Assembly (NCBI GenBank): GCA_963555755.3
Contig: OY820905.2
Location: 4,096,001 to 4,160,000, forward strand
Direction: 5' to 3'
DNA length: 64,000 bases
Source: Nitrospirales bacterium
Lineage (GTDB): Bacteria > Nitrospirota > Nitrospiria > Nitrospirales > UBA8639
The number at the start of each line of letters is the position of its first letter. Positions within the stretch are counted from its first letter, which is position 1. Shown here one piece after another: positions 1 to 10,169 of the stretch. Both the position numbers and the translations under genes were made by a program. Below the pieces are notes generated by a model, which did not search any database, had not been told where the DNA came from, and worked only from the letters and a program-made list of their open reading frames with translations.

Positions 1-1
1 T

Positions 2-133
2 CATCTGATGCGCATCATTCAAGGCTGGGAAGTCATCGTCAACGGTATCACTATGCCCCTGTGGGTCAGTATTGTCGGAGCCATCATTGCGGGCGGGTTA
101 GCTATTTTGATTTGGCGAGAGTCACGACAGTAA
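2..133 (+). CDS. 3' end of a small membrane protein (partial, runs in from window edge)
   Basis: Frame from base 2 reads HLMRIIQGWEVIVNGITMPLWVSIVGAIIAGGLAILIWRESRQ*; hydrophobic segment. Confidence 0.6.
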   Translation, partial: HLMRIIQGWEVIVNGITMPLWVSIVGAIIAGGLAILIWRESRQ

Positions 134-377
134 ACAAGGTCAAGTCCTAGGGCTCAAGGAAAATGAAAAGGCCCCTCGGCGGGGAACAAGTGGGGCCGCA
201 TACTGGAGGATGTGCTGCGGAATTCGATTCACAAGGTTTACTTGGAGGGGTTTGGGCTAGAGGGATCGCGGAAAATTTTTGCGGTTTGGGAAGCGTCAGT
301 TGAATGTCCATAATACAAAGAACCAGGGCACAATCCTATTCCTTATATTCCTTGCGCTCCAAGTCCAAAAAGGAAAA

Positions 378-587
378 GAAAAGGGGTCAAATCTTAAAAG
401 GGGTCAAATCTTTGGTTGACTAAAACTTTAGATTATGTCCCCTGCTCGGAAGAGAAGATCGCGCTCCCAGAAAAAAGCAGTGGATGAAAGAGCGACGAGA
501 AGTTTGAAACGAAACTCTCAACCAAAGATTTGACCCCTTTTTGACCCCTTTTCAACCAAAGATTTGACCCCTTTTTGACCCCTTTTC
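378..587 (+). mobile_element. Non-autonomous TIR element (GAAAAGGGGTCA family), copy 1
   Basis: Inverted ends AAAGGGGTCAAATCTTTGGTTGA / TCAACCAAAGATTTGACCCCTTT with partial tandem reiterations; core near-identical to copies at 4366, 8607, 10170. Confidence 0.85.
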
Positions 588-700
588 TTTTTAAAAAAAC
601 GACAGCCCCCCCAGATGAGTGGCTGGGCCGAGGAGTCCTCATTCGCCCTCCCCTTTGTTGGTGTCAGCCTGGTGTCAAGCAACCGGACAACCTGAGCAAG

Positions 701-740
701 AGAGACCCGACGAGACCCGACGAAACCCGATGAAACCAGA
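701..740. repeat. Four 10-bp tandem repeats (agagacccga/cgagacccga/cgaaacccga/tgaaaccaga), possible integrase arm-type sites
   Basis: 10-bp periodicity read directly, ~85 bp from the att repeat. Confidence 0.5.
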
Positions 741-823
741 TGAGGTGAACCCTGCATGAATGAGGGGTGGGAGAGGAAATCGTCAAGCCAGACAACGACT
801 TGAACGATTCCCTTATAAAGGGC

Positions 824-878
824 TGGTGCCGAAGGCGGGAGTTGAACCCGCACACCCGTGAGGGCACTAGAACCTGAA
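824..878 (-). repeat. att site: 55-bp duplication of the 3' part of tRNA-Leu(CAG)
   Basis: tggtgccgaaggcgggagttgaacccgcacacccgtgagggcactagaacctgaa identical to 12445-12499. Confidence 0.95.
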
Positions 879-1580
879 ACGACTGATGGCTATTGGCTGT
901 TGTTGTTCATGGTTGGCCAGAGTCGCATGAACAGGGGATTTTCTCAAGGTCCCTGTTACACCAAGCTATGGCAAGCATTGGCAAGCTACGGCAGCCACTT
1001 GACAATTTCTTGACAAAATTTGAATGCGTCCACCTGTGGGGTAGGGGGGGGCACCCTTGCGCCAAGTACCTCAGTCTCGGAGTGACAGTCATGTCCCCAG
1101 TCATACACAGCCGAATTTTTGCCAAACACCCATCGCTGTTCCCCATGACCCACCTCCTTGCGCATTCTCGCGCGTTTCAGATGTGTCCACACTGATGGAG
1201 GAAGACCAAACCGCGTCACAAACAGCAAGCCTCATCGTGTCGGCGGTGGGGCTTTTTACGTTGGTCACTTGTCACAAGTGGCCCTTCACACAGAAGTATG
1301 TGCTGCGGAATCTGATTCACAAGGTCGTCTAGGAGAGGTCCGGGCCGGGGGGCTTGCGTAAAATTGTGGTGGTGGAGCATAGCTGCCTCCTCTCCACCCG
1401 GCAATTTATCGCGCAACAGGTGGCCTAATCACTGGGGGCAGGTCACCCCGAAATTGGGGTATCAAAAAAACTGACAATGAATTTCTGGTCCCCGAGGGTA
1501 ACAGTAAGATTTCCTTCCGTTTAAATACAGGAATTTGGGGGGTTTTATTAATATTTCTGTCTTTCTTTGGGGTTTTTCCC

Positions 1581-1599
1581 CTGTCAGAAAATTTGACAG
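1581..1599. promoter_or_regulatory. Palindromic enhancer-like site CTGTCA-N7-TGACAG (degenerate copies at 1459-1477 and 1690-1708); likely PEP-CTERM activator box
   Basis: Perfect palindrome upstream of a sigma54 promoter and a PEP-CTERM gene. Confidence 0.55.
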
Positions 1600-1829
1600 T
1601 TTCTACCATACGTCATTGGACGTACTTGCTGTTCCTTGAGTTGAATCTTTGGTACCTACGCTCTCTTTTGGACAAATCGAAATTCTCCCCAGTAAAAACT
1701 TTTGACAGTTTTCGCAACGAGCTCCAAACCAAAAAAAAGTCTTCATCGAAATATTATCCACAAAAAAACATCTATATTCTCAACAAGTTAGCTCTTATTC
1801 GAGAGCGACCCATCACCTGATTTTAACCG

Positions 1830-1845
1830 TGGCATACGTTTTGCT
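1830..1845 (+). promoter_or_regulatory. sigma54 -24/-12 promoter
   Basis: TGGCATACGTTTTGCT fits TGGCA-N6-TTGC, 75 bp upstream of the PEP-CTERM gene. Confidence 0.8.
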
Positions 1846-1920
1846 TAGTATACAACGCAACAGCAATTTAAATGGGTCGCCATAATATTAATCACTCAAT
1901 TACACCAAGGAGGTATTGCC

Positions 1921-2712
1921 ATGAAACACTCATCCACCACCACAATGAACAGACAAACATCATCTTTACAAGGAAAGACCGCCCGTGCCAAGAGAGGGCT
2001 GATGCGCATAGCCCTGTGTCTGGTCGGGATGGCTTTCACGCTCCTGCCACTGCCAGCCCTTGCCTTAACCTGGAATTTGGCAGACGATTTCTCGCTCTCC
2101 AATCCAAACGCCCCGTGGGAGTACGGAAAGTACACCGGGGGGCTGGACCAGAACACGTTCCAGCAATATGCTAATTCAGAAATTTTTCCTCTTGGGGGGT
2201 CCGGCATACTCCACATTCATCGTAACTCCGGAACGGATGATCCCAACATCATAAAGAACGTTGGCATGGAAGACACTTGCTGTAGTGGTCCAATAACTTT
2301 TCATGCCGGTGCGGTGACGTTTGGGGCGACCTTTGGACCCGCAGTCGTGGTTTGGACCGCGCCATTTGCTGGGATGTTCCAGGTGGATGCCACGTTTGCA
2401 ACCGTTCAACCAGGCGTGAATGTCTTGCCTACTGCTCACGTTTTTAATGGGACTGTCTTTGTCAACCTAGCTGCCATCCCTGTCTTTGGTACCACCAGTG
2501 ATTATAGTGGGCTCTTGGCGCTGGGATTGGGCGAGGAGATCCACTTCGTGGTAGCCCCGACTACGGAAGGAGGGCAGAAGACGGTCGAAGTCTCGGCGAT
2601 CATCAACAGCATTCCGCGCACCAACCCTGTCCCCGAACCCAGCACGATGTTGCTGCTCGGATCAGGCTTAGTCGGACTCATTGGCTACCGGATGAAGAAA
2701 GCACAAGCGTAA
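1921..2712 (+). CDS. PEP-CTERM sorting domain surface protein
   Basis: Signal peptide (..LPALA); C-terminal VPEPSTMLLLGSGLVGLIGYRMKK; RBS aggagg. Confidence 0.92.
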   Translation: MKHSSTTTMNRQTSSLQGKTARAKRGLMRIALCLVGMAFTLLPLPALALTWNLADDFSLSNPNAPWEYGKYTGGLDQNTFQQYANSEIFPLGGSGILHIHRNSGTDDPNIIKNVGMEDTCCSGPITFHAGAVTFGATFGPAVVVWTAPFAGMFQVDATFATVQPGVNVLPTAHVFNGTVFVNLAAIPVFGTTSDYSGLLALGLGEEIHFVVAPTTEGGQKTVEVSAIINSIPRTNPVPEPSTMLLLGSGLVGLIGYRMKKAQA

Positions 2713-2742
2713 ACGCATAGTCGATAATTTAGTCACACAATC

Positions 2743-2780
2743 AAAGAGCCTCACCGTTTCGGCGGTGGGGCTCTTTCTCT
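2743..2780 (+). terminator. Intrinsic terminator (duplicated at ~10792-10829; related copy ~1227-1257)
   Basis: Hairpin aaagagcctcaccg-tttcgg-cggtggggctcttt followed by pyrimidines. Confidence 0.7.
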
Positions 2781-2866
2781 TGGCCGCATTCATCAAGGTC
2801 TGTCACTGACCCAGAGACAGAGCTACAGACCCTATTTTCAATAACTGGACAATACATCCCCAAGCC

Positions 2867-3282
2867 ATGAACATCAGAATAATTCAGTGGAATATTTCAA
2901 TGAAATGCAAGGCCGAAAAAATAGCGTACTGCTTATCCCGCTATATTCATGGCCCCACCATTATTACCTTGCAAGAAGTTTTAAAATCCACATATGCCCA
3001 GATTGCGTCTGTGCTGACCCCTCCTGGAAGAGCGTACAGTCTTGCTTTACGAAAAGCCGGAAACCATGAAGGAAGAAATCGTAAAATGGGTGTCGCGACA
3101 TTCGTTTTCGAAGGCAGAATACCTCATTACGAACTCGTATCACGTAGTATTTTTCCAGAAAGAACCTTGTTTTCGACATGCCAATTCGAGGGGAAGAATA
3201 TTTCCTTGTATCGCACAGGCTTTAGGCGTAACCCTCTCGGAGTTAGTCGGCGATCAACCACAATCAACCAAAAGGAGGTCCG
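2867..3282 (+). pseudogene. Truncated endonuclease/exonuclease/phosphatase-family gene joined to an XRE-HTH C-terminal remnant
   Basis: MNIRIIQWNI..ITLQEV EEP N-terminal motifs; another frame from ~3209 reads IAQALGVTLSELVG. Confidence 0.6.
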
Positions 3283-4470
3283 ATGGGACGGACAAAACGA
3301 AAGGACGGGTATTACGTCGAGTTTCCCGTCATTGACGATGGGAAGGTCTTGACGTTAGCGAGAGGCACGCCTGGTGCCAAGGTGAAACGGTGGCGCGTCG
3401 GGTGCCGTAACAAAACGATGGCTCAAGACCAGGAAACTATTATCAAGAACAAGCTTCTCAACGGAACAATGGTAAGCGTTCGGGCAAAGCTGGCAATAAT
3501 GACCTTCGGCCAATGGGCCAAAGAATATGTGGAGATTGAAGAAGTGAAGTGTCTCCGCTCCTACACTGAGCGATGCCAGCGAATTACCGTGGTCCTTGTT
3601 CCATTCTTCGGCAAGACATTGTTGCAGGACATTACGGCCAAAGATGTAGAAGCCTTCCGCCAGGAGCGGGGGGAGGGGCGTGCTGTGGCTACCGTCAATG
3701 TGGATCACAACCTATTGAAGCACATGTTAAAGCATGCCATGAAGCGCGATTTGATTATGAGGAATGTGGCGTCTTTGGTCACAGCGCCGAAACCAAAGAA
3801 CGCTCGCAATCGAGTGCTCGAACCTGACGAGTGGAACCGGCTCTATGGTGCCGCGCCCGAATGGTTCCAGCCAGTGCTGTTGACGGGCTACCACACGGGG
3901 ATGCGACTAGAGGAAATCCTGACGCTCACGTGGGATCGGGTGGATCTGGAGAAGGGCCGCATGTTCCTTCCTGGACATCTGACCAAAACAGGGCAGGATC
4001 GTACCGTCCCTTTGACGCCGATGCTTCGGAAGGAACTGCAACAACTCCGGGACTATGGTGGCGTTGCTCGAATTCAAGGCTTGGTGTTTCAGAAGGATGG
4101 CCAGAAGATTAACCACAGCTATCGCGTGGTGAAGGAGTTATGCGAGGAGCAGCACATTCCGAACTTCGTCTTCCATGACTTGCGGCATTGTGCTGTCACG
4201 AATTTAGCGGATTCTGGAGTAGAGATTGAGACGATCATGAAAATCGTCGGGCATTCCAGTATTGAAATGTTCCTACGTTACCGCACCATCACGGCGGATA
4301 AATTAGACACCGCCATGTCCAGCCTTAACACGCTAATAACACGGCGTCAAAACGCCGCTCGCCAAGAAAAGGGGTCAGAAAAGGGGTCAAATCTTTGGTT
4401 GACTAAAACTTTAGATTATGTCCCCTGCTCGGAAGAGAAGATCGCGCTCCCAGAAAAAAGCAGTGGATGA
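3283..4470 (+). CDS. Tyrosine recombinase/integrase, copy with last 7 aa replaced by 34 aa from the TIR element
   Basis: GMRLEE, HDLRH, GH..Y catalytic motifs; identical to 11332-12438 up to ..NAARQ. Confidence 0.85.
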   Translation: MGRTKRKDGYYVEFPVIDDGKVLTLARGTPGAKVKRWRVGCRNKTMAQDQETIIKNKLLNGTMVSVRAKLAIMTFGQWAKEYVEIEEVKCLRSYTERCQRITVVLVPFFGKTLLQDITAKDVEAFRQERGEGRAVATVNVDHNLLKHMLKHAMKRDLIMRNVASLVTAPKPKNARNRVLEPDEWNRLYGAAPEWFQPVLLTGYHTGMRLEEILTLTWDRVDLEKGRMFLPGHLTKTGQDRTVPLTPMLRKELQQLRDYGGVARIQGLVFQKDGQKINHSYRVVKELCEEQHIPNFVFHDLRHCAVTNLADSGVEIETIMKIVGHSSIEMFLRYRTITADKLDTAMSSLNTLITRRQNAARQEKGSEKGSNLWLTKTLDYVPCSEEKIALPEKSSG

Positions 4471-4529
4471 AAGAGCGACGAGGAGTTTGAAACGAAACTC
4501 TCAACCAAAGATTTGACCCCTTTTTTTTT
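4366..4529 (+). mobile_element. Non-autonomous TIR element, copy 2
   Basis: Same core and inverted ends as copy 1; sits at the integrase / P450 breakpoint. Confidence 0.85.
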
Positions 4530-4988
4530 ATCATGGTCGAGAACTCGAATTTCACCCTCCCTCCAGGACCCCATCATGCGCTGTGTATATTCCGCCGTGA
4601 CTTTCACCAACCCATCTATTTGATGGCAAGGAAAGCAGCGTTGGACTAACTGTCGTTGCCGAATCCAACTAGCACCTTCGCTAGACATTAACCCATTGCC
4701 AAGTACATTCCAGGTAAAATCCTTTGGGGGACGTGACAAATTCCTGCTAAAAATTCGATGATTGGTTGTCAGGACGGTTTCGATAAGCTCGGGATGACAT
4801 AACAGGTATGCCCTTATGCCGGGAAAGCGAAGGCCTACCACATCACCATACTCGCGCGCGCATTGGGAAACAAACCCTAACGGGTCTCTTCTATACTCTA
4901 GAAGGTTGCCAAAAATGGGGTTGCCTTTAGGCCCAGGCGGAAAGGATTTAGCCGTCACGTAAGCGTACCTTTTCAAAAGGATGTACAA
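4530..4988 (-). pseudogene. Cytochrome P450 N-terminal fragment, truncated by the TIR element
   Basis: PPGPKGNPIFGNLLEYRRDPL..YGDVV..GNGLMSSEGASWIRQRQLV; no heme-Cys region. Confidence 0.8.
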
Positions 4989-5023
4989 AGGAACAACTCA
5001 TTGAACTTGACTCCCCTGAAACT

Positions 5024-6097
5024 CTACTTCTGACGCCAAAGCAACAAATAACCGGTGATCAATTGAATCGAAATCCCAATCCCCACGACGACATAAAGCA
5101 GTTTTGTGAACAATCCTCCGAAATAACCCGCGTGAAGAGGGACATCAAGGTTAATGAAGCGTTGTCCCATTGACGCTGTACGACTGTCTTCTGTTCGAAT
5201 CACGTCTCCACTATGTGGGTCGATATAGACCACACTTGATCCCCTCGGATTGGTATCCTCGGAAAACCGCTTTCGGACTTGAAAAGGCTGCCTAGGTCCT
5301 AAGGGCATTCGAATCATGACGATTTTTCCACCAGAAAGTGTCGTATTCGCAATGTGTACAAGATCGGATACTCGCTGAGGCCTTAGAGGAGCCTCGGATA
5401 ATGTATGTGATGCCAGTGGAGGATTTCCGTTTGGGCCCTTGGCTAGGCTTTGAACCAAATTTCCAACTAGCGGAAAGGAGAAATAGACACCCGTTAAGGC
5501 AATAACCAGCACAACAATGGCTGAATGTATTCCCCACATATTATGCATATCCAAAACGGCATGCTTCCATCCTGAATTTAATCTGAGACGCCAAATGGTC
5601 TTGAGTGTGTTAGGTGATCTCCTCCACCATAGGATCAGGCCTGTTAGTGTCGAGACAATTAGTAGAATACTCCCCATGCCATTCAGAGTTATTCCAATAG
5701 GCCCTCCTAGAAATAGATCCATATGAAAAATTAATATAAACCCCATCAGTGATCCACTCATAGTCCTGGAACCTAAGATTTCACCGGAATACGGGTTAAC
5801 ATAGATGCGGGAATTCCACGAATTGATAAGTAGTTCGTAGACTCCTTCAGGTGACCTGGGGAACGTAATTGAGATGATTCGATCTGGAGAACGGGTACTT
5901 TGAACGTTGGTCATAATCTCTTCAAGAGATAAAATTTCCCCCTGCGGCGTAACTCGAAGCAGTTGAGGATTCAGCCATTCATCAATTTCGGAATGGAACA
6001 CGAGAATACTTCCTGTCGTACCCATCAGGAGAAAATATACGCCAATATACAGATTTAAATAACGATGAATACTATGAAAAATTCTTTGTGGCTGCAT
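5024..6097 (-). CDS. PepSY-associated TM helix protein (PiuB-like)
   Basis: IHRYLNL..TGSILVF, YVNPYSGEILG, FHMDL, MHNMWG, LHAG histidine motifs. Confidence 0.88.
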   Translation of the reverse strand: MQPQRIFHSIHRYLNLYIGVYFLLMGTTGSILVFHSEIDEWLNPQLLRVTPQGEILSLEEIMTNVQSTRSPDRIISITFPRSPEGVYELLINSWNSRIYVNPYSGEILGSRTMSGSLMGFILIFHMDLFLGGPIGITLNGMGSILLIVSTLTGLILWWRRSPNTLKTIWRLRLNSGWKHAVLDMHNMWGIHSAIVVLVIALTGVYFSFPLVGNLVQSLAKGPNGNPPLASHTLSEAPLRPQRVSDLVHIANTTLSGGKIVMIRMPLGPRQPFQVRKRFSEDTNPRGSSVVYIDPHSGDVIRTEDSRTASMGQRFINLDVPLHAGYFGGLFTKLLYVVVGIGISIQLITGYLLLWRQK

Positions 6098-6151
6098 AGC
6101 TTGGTTCCTAGATCACGAAGAAGTAAATATCCACGGGCTTACCCCCCCTGG

Positions 6152-8055
6152 CAGGGCCATTTCATTCTTTTTATAAGCAAGGGATTCCATGAGGTTTTTT
6201 GTGCCCTCTTTTTCAGGGCAGGGCCATGCGGATGGCTAAATGGGGCTTGCCCCAGAGCAGTCTACACGCCTGCGCGATATTGGTGTAGCCTTTCAGGCGT
6301 AAGAGACTGATGGCATAGCGTCTCAGACAGGTCATGACCATTGGGCCATTGAGACTTCGTATCTGACTCCTGTCTTCATCAAAGGTGACGTCCAACACAT
6401 AATGCTGCTTATTCTCCACACTCCAATGCTTTCGGTTTTGCGAGAGGATGGTCTTCGGCCCCGCCTTGTCTTTGGACTGACTCGTGACACCGCAGACCGC
6501 TTCGACGGTCGTGAGGCCCTGCTTGAGATGCGTCACTTCCCTCTCAATGCAGAAGACTTGCTGGACATGAGGAAAGTTGACATAGGCATTCAGGGAGTCA
6601 TCGCACCAGATCCTGCGGGTCGTGATCTGCCCATGGCCTTTCTCGGTGGTGGCATAATCGCACCGGCGTGCTCGCAACGCTAAGGCCTCAATGTCGTGCT
6701 TCAAGGTGGGCTGGTTTCCCTTGACGGTGAAGACGAAGTCGGCGCCGCGTTCGTGCACCAGGTACTCGGCAATCTCTTTCTGGGTGAGGAGCGCATCCGC
6801 CGTGATCACCTTCCCTGCGATCTCGAGCGCATCTAACAGGGGCCGCACGCAGGGGATCTCATTGGTCTTGGAGTGAACTTTTTTTGGGTGAGGTGGCGCC
6901 CGGCTTGATGGGTGACGGCGCTGAGGACGTGGGGCTGTTCGCTTGGGACCTTCGACGTCCCCCGCATGGTCTTCCCATCAATGGCAATGCCCTGATCCTC
7001 CCCGCCGAAGGTGTCCAGCCACCGGCCGAGCAGGGTATCGACTTCACAGGGGTCGACGGCCGTGATAAAGCGGTAAAGAGTGCTGCGGCTCGGGACGAGG
7101 TAGCGCCCCCCTCGCTGAGTACAGCCTAGCCGCTTGCGCATCGGCTGCGATAACTGCTGGGCCCAGTCCGAGATCGCTTCATAGCCGCGCGCGCCGCACA
7201 AGGTGGCACAGAACATGATCGCCGTGAGGGCGCGTCGGGTGTGCCGTTGCCCTTGCAAATGGCGGGGATCGGTCAGCTGCACCACATACGTAAAGAGGGA
7301 GTCCGTCTGTTTTGTATTCAATCTCATCTGAGGCGCTTCTCCTTTCTGATAGGGCTGATCAAGCATCGGGCGTGCAAGGATCTCTCGGGCTTGGGGATGC
7401 AGCCGCACGACTAGGATGCGCTTCGGTCTCTCATGCTGAACATAACACGTGTTCGACTTGCGAAACCCTCGTGTCAGACCGAGCTCGTGCCACCCGGCGG
7501 CCCGATAGCAGGTCCCGGTGAAGCGGGCAGGATCGACGAAGGTCTCTAAGAGGAGCAAGGGGTAGCCGTGGTACAGTTGCCAATCGGCCGAGATCCGTTT
7601 CGCGCAGAGCGACAGGACTTTCGAGGCGAGGTTCTTTTGCGAACAGCCCGGCAGCATGAGAAACCAGGTGTTGTTGGCCAGTAAATGGAGTCGTTGCCAT
7701 TGAAAACAGGGGGGCCAGCCGATCCAGTGGTCTCGCGGTCTCGATTTGAGGGCCGCCGCCGCAAACACCAGCAAGGCCAGCCAGCGATCCTGCACACAGG
7801 CGAGATATTGTATCGATTGGCCAATCAGCGGGGCATGACCGAGGTAGTGGTGTCTGTCGAGAAGGGTCTTGAAGGCGTCCTTTTCGTCTCGGACAATTGG
7901 GCGAACCACGACTTGCCTCAGATCAATGTCCGGCTGTCCGCTTGGCGATTCGTCTGGCATACAAAAGAGTATGCCGTAAACGAAAAGAAAAAGCCAGCCT
8001 AAATCGATTATTCCTTATTATCTATAAAGTTACACTTTAATATGAAATAGCCCTG
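6152..8055 (-). mobile_element. ISAs1-family insertion sequence
   Basis: IRs CAGGGCCATTTCAT / CAGGGCTATTTCAT; 10-bp target duplication CCCCCCCTGG at 6142-6151 and 8056-8065. Confidence 0.92.
6213..7960 (-). CDS. DUF4338 domain + ISAs1 DDE transposase, joined by a -1 frameshift at A AAA AAG (6878-6885)
   Basis: ORF1 has HHYLG..LETFVD..GTCYRAAGW then IAIDGKTMRG; -1 frame gives KVHSKTNEIP into ORF2 (ITADAL, VKGNQP, HWSVEN). Confidence 0.88.
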
Positions 8056-8606
8056 CCCCCCCTGGTCCGCCGCTCTAGCCTTGATAGATAACATCAGGTC
8101 AAAGCCGTCCGAGTGCAAAGAGCCCTGGTGAAATAGCCGACAACGACGGAACAGCTCTTTCCTTACATGGCATTAATTCTTCTCTTCAGCTCGCCGTCCT
8201 CCGCCCAGGATTTTCTTCAGCTTTTTTTCGAACACACTTCAGAGTATGCTTTGACACCGAGATGACTCAGACCACACCTTGCACGTCAATGCGAAGAATT
8301 GGGTGCTCGTCCAATTCGGCAAACACACGGTCCAATACGTCCCTTGAAAGAGCACGGTATCCTGGCGTAGTAGGCCGGTGGCCAAAAATTCGGTTCGCCC
8401 TCACGACGTGTTCCCTGTTAAGCAACAGACCAAAGATGATCCATGGGCCTACGTTATGTCCACAGGACATCCCTTTAAGACGTCACAATATTTCCTATTG
8501 ATTTGGAGAATATGGAAGTTCTGGAAGTCCATAGTTTAGCCAATGATCAATGGTGACTAATAAACGGAACGAAACGCCCGATTTGATTGAGAAGACAAAA
8601 AGATAC

Positions 8607-8824
8607 AAAAGGGGTCAAATCTTTGGTTGACTAAAACTTTGAAAAGGGGTCAAATCTTTGGTTGAAAAGGGGTCAAATCTTTGGTTGCCTAAAACTTTAG
8701 ATTATGTCCCCCTGCTCGGAAGAGAAGATCGCGCTCCCAGAAAAAAGCAGTGGATGAAGACGAGGAGTTTGAAACGAAACTCTCAACCAAAGATTTGACC
8801 CCTTTCTGACCCCTTTCCCCTTTC
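8607..8824 (+). mobile_element. Non-autonomous TIR element, copy 3
   Basis: Three left-end reiterations, stuttered right end; core has small indels. Confidence 0.85.
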
Positions 8825-8856
8825 TAAACCGTCTTTTTTCCCAAGGTTTATAACAC

Positions 8857-9159
8857 CTACCGAAGTTGTAGTTCTAGTTTTAAGCCAACTGCTTCCGCAG
8901 CCTTTTTCATAGTGTGCAACGTCACCGATTCATTTTCTGGATCTAGTAAGCGATCCAATTGAGATCGGCTGGTTTCCATGTGGGAAGCCATGGCTGCCTT
9001 CGATAGATTCTTTCGTTCCATGGCTTCGCTCAGTTTGTATGACAGTACTTTTTTAATCGCATCAGTTTGACAATCTTCGTACTGTCCTTCCGCTTTCAGT
9101 AATCCTTCAAGCGTGGACCCGGATCGTGGGTTAATCTTTTTCCGTTTCATATCGCTCAT
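8857..9159 (-). CDS. XRE-family antitoxin
   Basis: LSKAAMASHMETSRSQLDRLLDP HTH; overlaps the upstream toxin gene. Confidence 0.85.
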   Translation of the reverse strand: MSDMKRKKINPRSGSTLEGLLKAEGQYEDCQTDAIKKVLSYKLSEAMERKNLSKAAMASHMETSRSQLDRLLDPENESVTLHTMKKAAEAVGLKLELQLR

Positions 9160-9505
9160 GCTCCTTCTTGCGTTTGTTTGCGAGCTTTAATTCTTTTTCT
9201 GGGGTCTTTTGTGATTTCTTCACAAATCCATGAAGCAGCACCATTTCAGGACCACTCACATAGAAAAACACTCGTGCAATTCGTCCATCCGGTAAATCAC
9301 TGCGGACTTCACGAAGCCCAGCATAGCCTGATAAAGACCTACACAGTGGTTGGCCACAGGGCCAACCAAATTCGACGGTCATGATGTCCCTGCCGATGAT
9401 CTTCCGATTGGCACCAGCCAATTCCAACAGCCATTCCCTAACAGGCTCTTTCCCACTGGGAAGCCTGTAAAACATAGCTGTAATGACCTTCTGAACTTGA
9501 CTCAC
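9131..9505 (-). CDS. RelE/ParE-family (Gp49-like) toxin
   Basis: GKEPVREWL..LREVRS..ARVFF..LLHGFVKKSQKTP. Confidence 0.88.
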   Translation of the reverse strand: MSQVQKVITAMFYRLPSGKEPVREWLLELAGANRKIIGRDIMTVEFGWPCGQPLCRSLSGYAGLREVRSDLPDGRIARVFFYVSGPEMVLLHGFVKKSQKTPEKELKLANKRKKEHERYETEKD

Positions 9506-9652
9506 ATATTATAGTACCAAAAAAGGTACATTCCTGCAATCTTTTTTTCGAGGTTAAATATCCCAATGTCCCACTGAAGGTTGGCTTTTTCCGAAATGTG
9601 CCTTAGAGTTAAAAGTTGGCCAGAAAAGGTAAGGGAGAAACTCTCAAAAAGG

Positions 9653-9804
9653 GGTTCTGTCGCAAATAATAGAGTTGTGAGTTACGCCACTGGTTTTCAT
9701 GTTGGACCAAGTTGAAAAACTCCAGTAAAGTTGACAATTCTCGTCTGCGGGACACGGAGATAAAACCCCTTATTGCCTTCAAAAACATTGTTTGCGACAG
9801 AACC
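9653..9804. mobile_element. 152-bp MITE with IS6-like ends
   Basis: Inverted repeats GGTTCTGTCGCAAATAAT / GGTTCTGTCGCAAACAAT (17/18); no clear target duplication. Confidence 0.65.
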
Positions 9805-10169
9805 GAAAAAATCGCTTCCGTCAGCATACGTTAGGCCCCCTCTCGAAACGCGGCTATTTTTTCAGAGGTTTTTAAAATCTGGGGGGAATCTATCCCCTTC
9901 CTGCCAAGTTATTTGTTTGGCCATTTCTTTTTCAACTTCTCTACCAGCCACTGCCATTTCCCATGTTCGTGTGGTAATTTCAATATCCCATCCAAATTAG
10001 CTCCGGTAAGGTTTCCCCCTCCCTTCTGAATCTATCTTGAAAGACCCTGCGGTTGATGAATAGAGCCCCGTCCGATATTCTCCTGAGGCGTGTTGGAATG
10101 AACGCAGATTCGCTAGTCGACTTGCCGCCCCAAATCCCTTCATGAGGGTGCTATGCCCTGTGCGTTTTA

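Larger units (their letters stand above)
2342..4366 (+). repeat. ~2025-bp direct duplication, copy 1 (copy 2 at 10391-12415)
   Basis: Identical ORF translations at a constant offset of 8049 bp. Confidence 0.95.

Noticed and set aside
433..853. Minus-strand ORFs ending ..GSAIFSSEQGT (also at 10265-10450)
   Set aside because: They are translations of the repeated TIR element.
824..878. Second tRNA-Leu gene
   Set aside because: Only the 3' 55 nt are present; it is an att duplication.
6833..7960. Druantia defence system
   Set aside because: DUF4338 is fused to transposases within IS boundaries; no DruE-type helicase cluster is adjacent.
8066..8500. Gene interrupted by the ISAs1 element
   Set aside because: Only short broken frames with no family I can recognise.
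9825..9840. GCCTAAC on the minus strand as an attC inverse core
   Set aside because: No matching GTTRRRY or attC hairpin found, even after removing the adjacent MITE.
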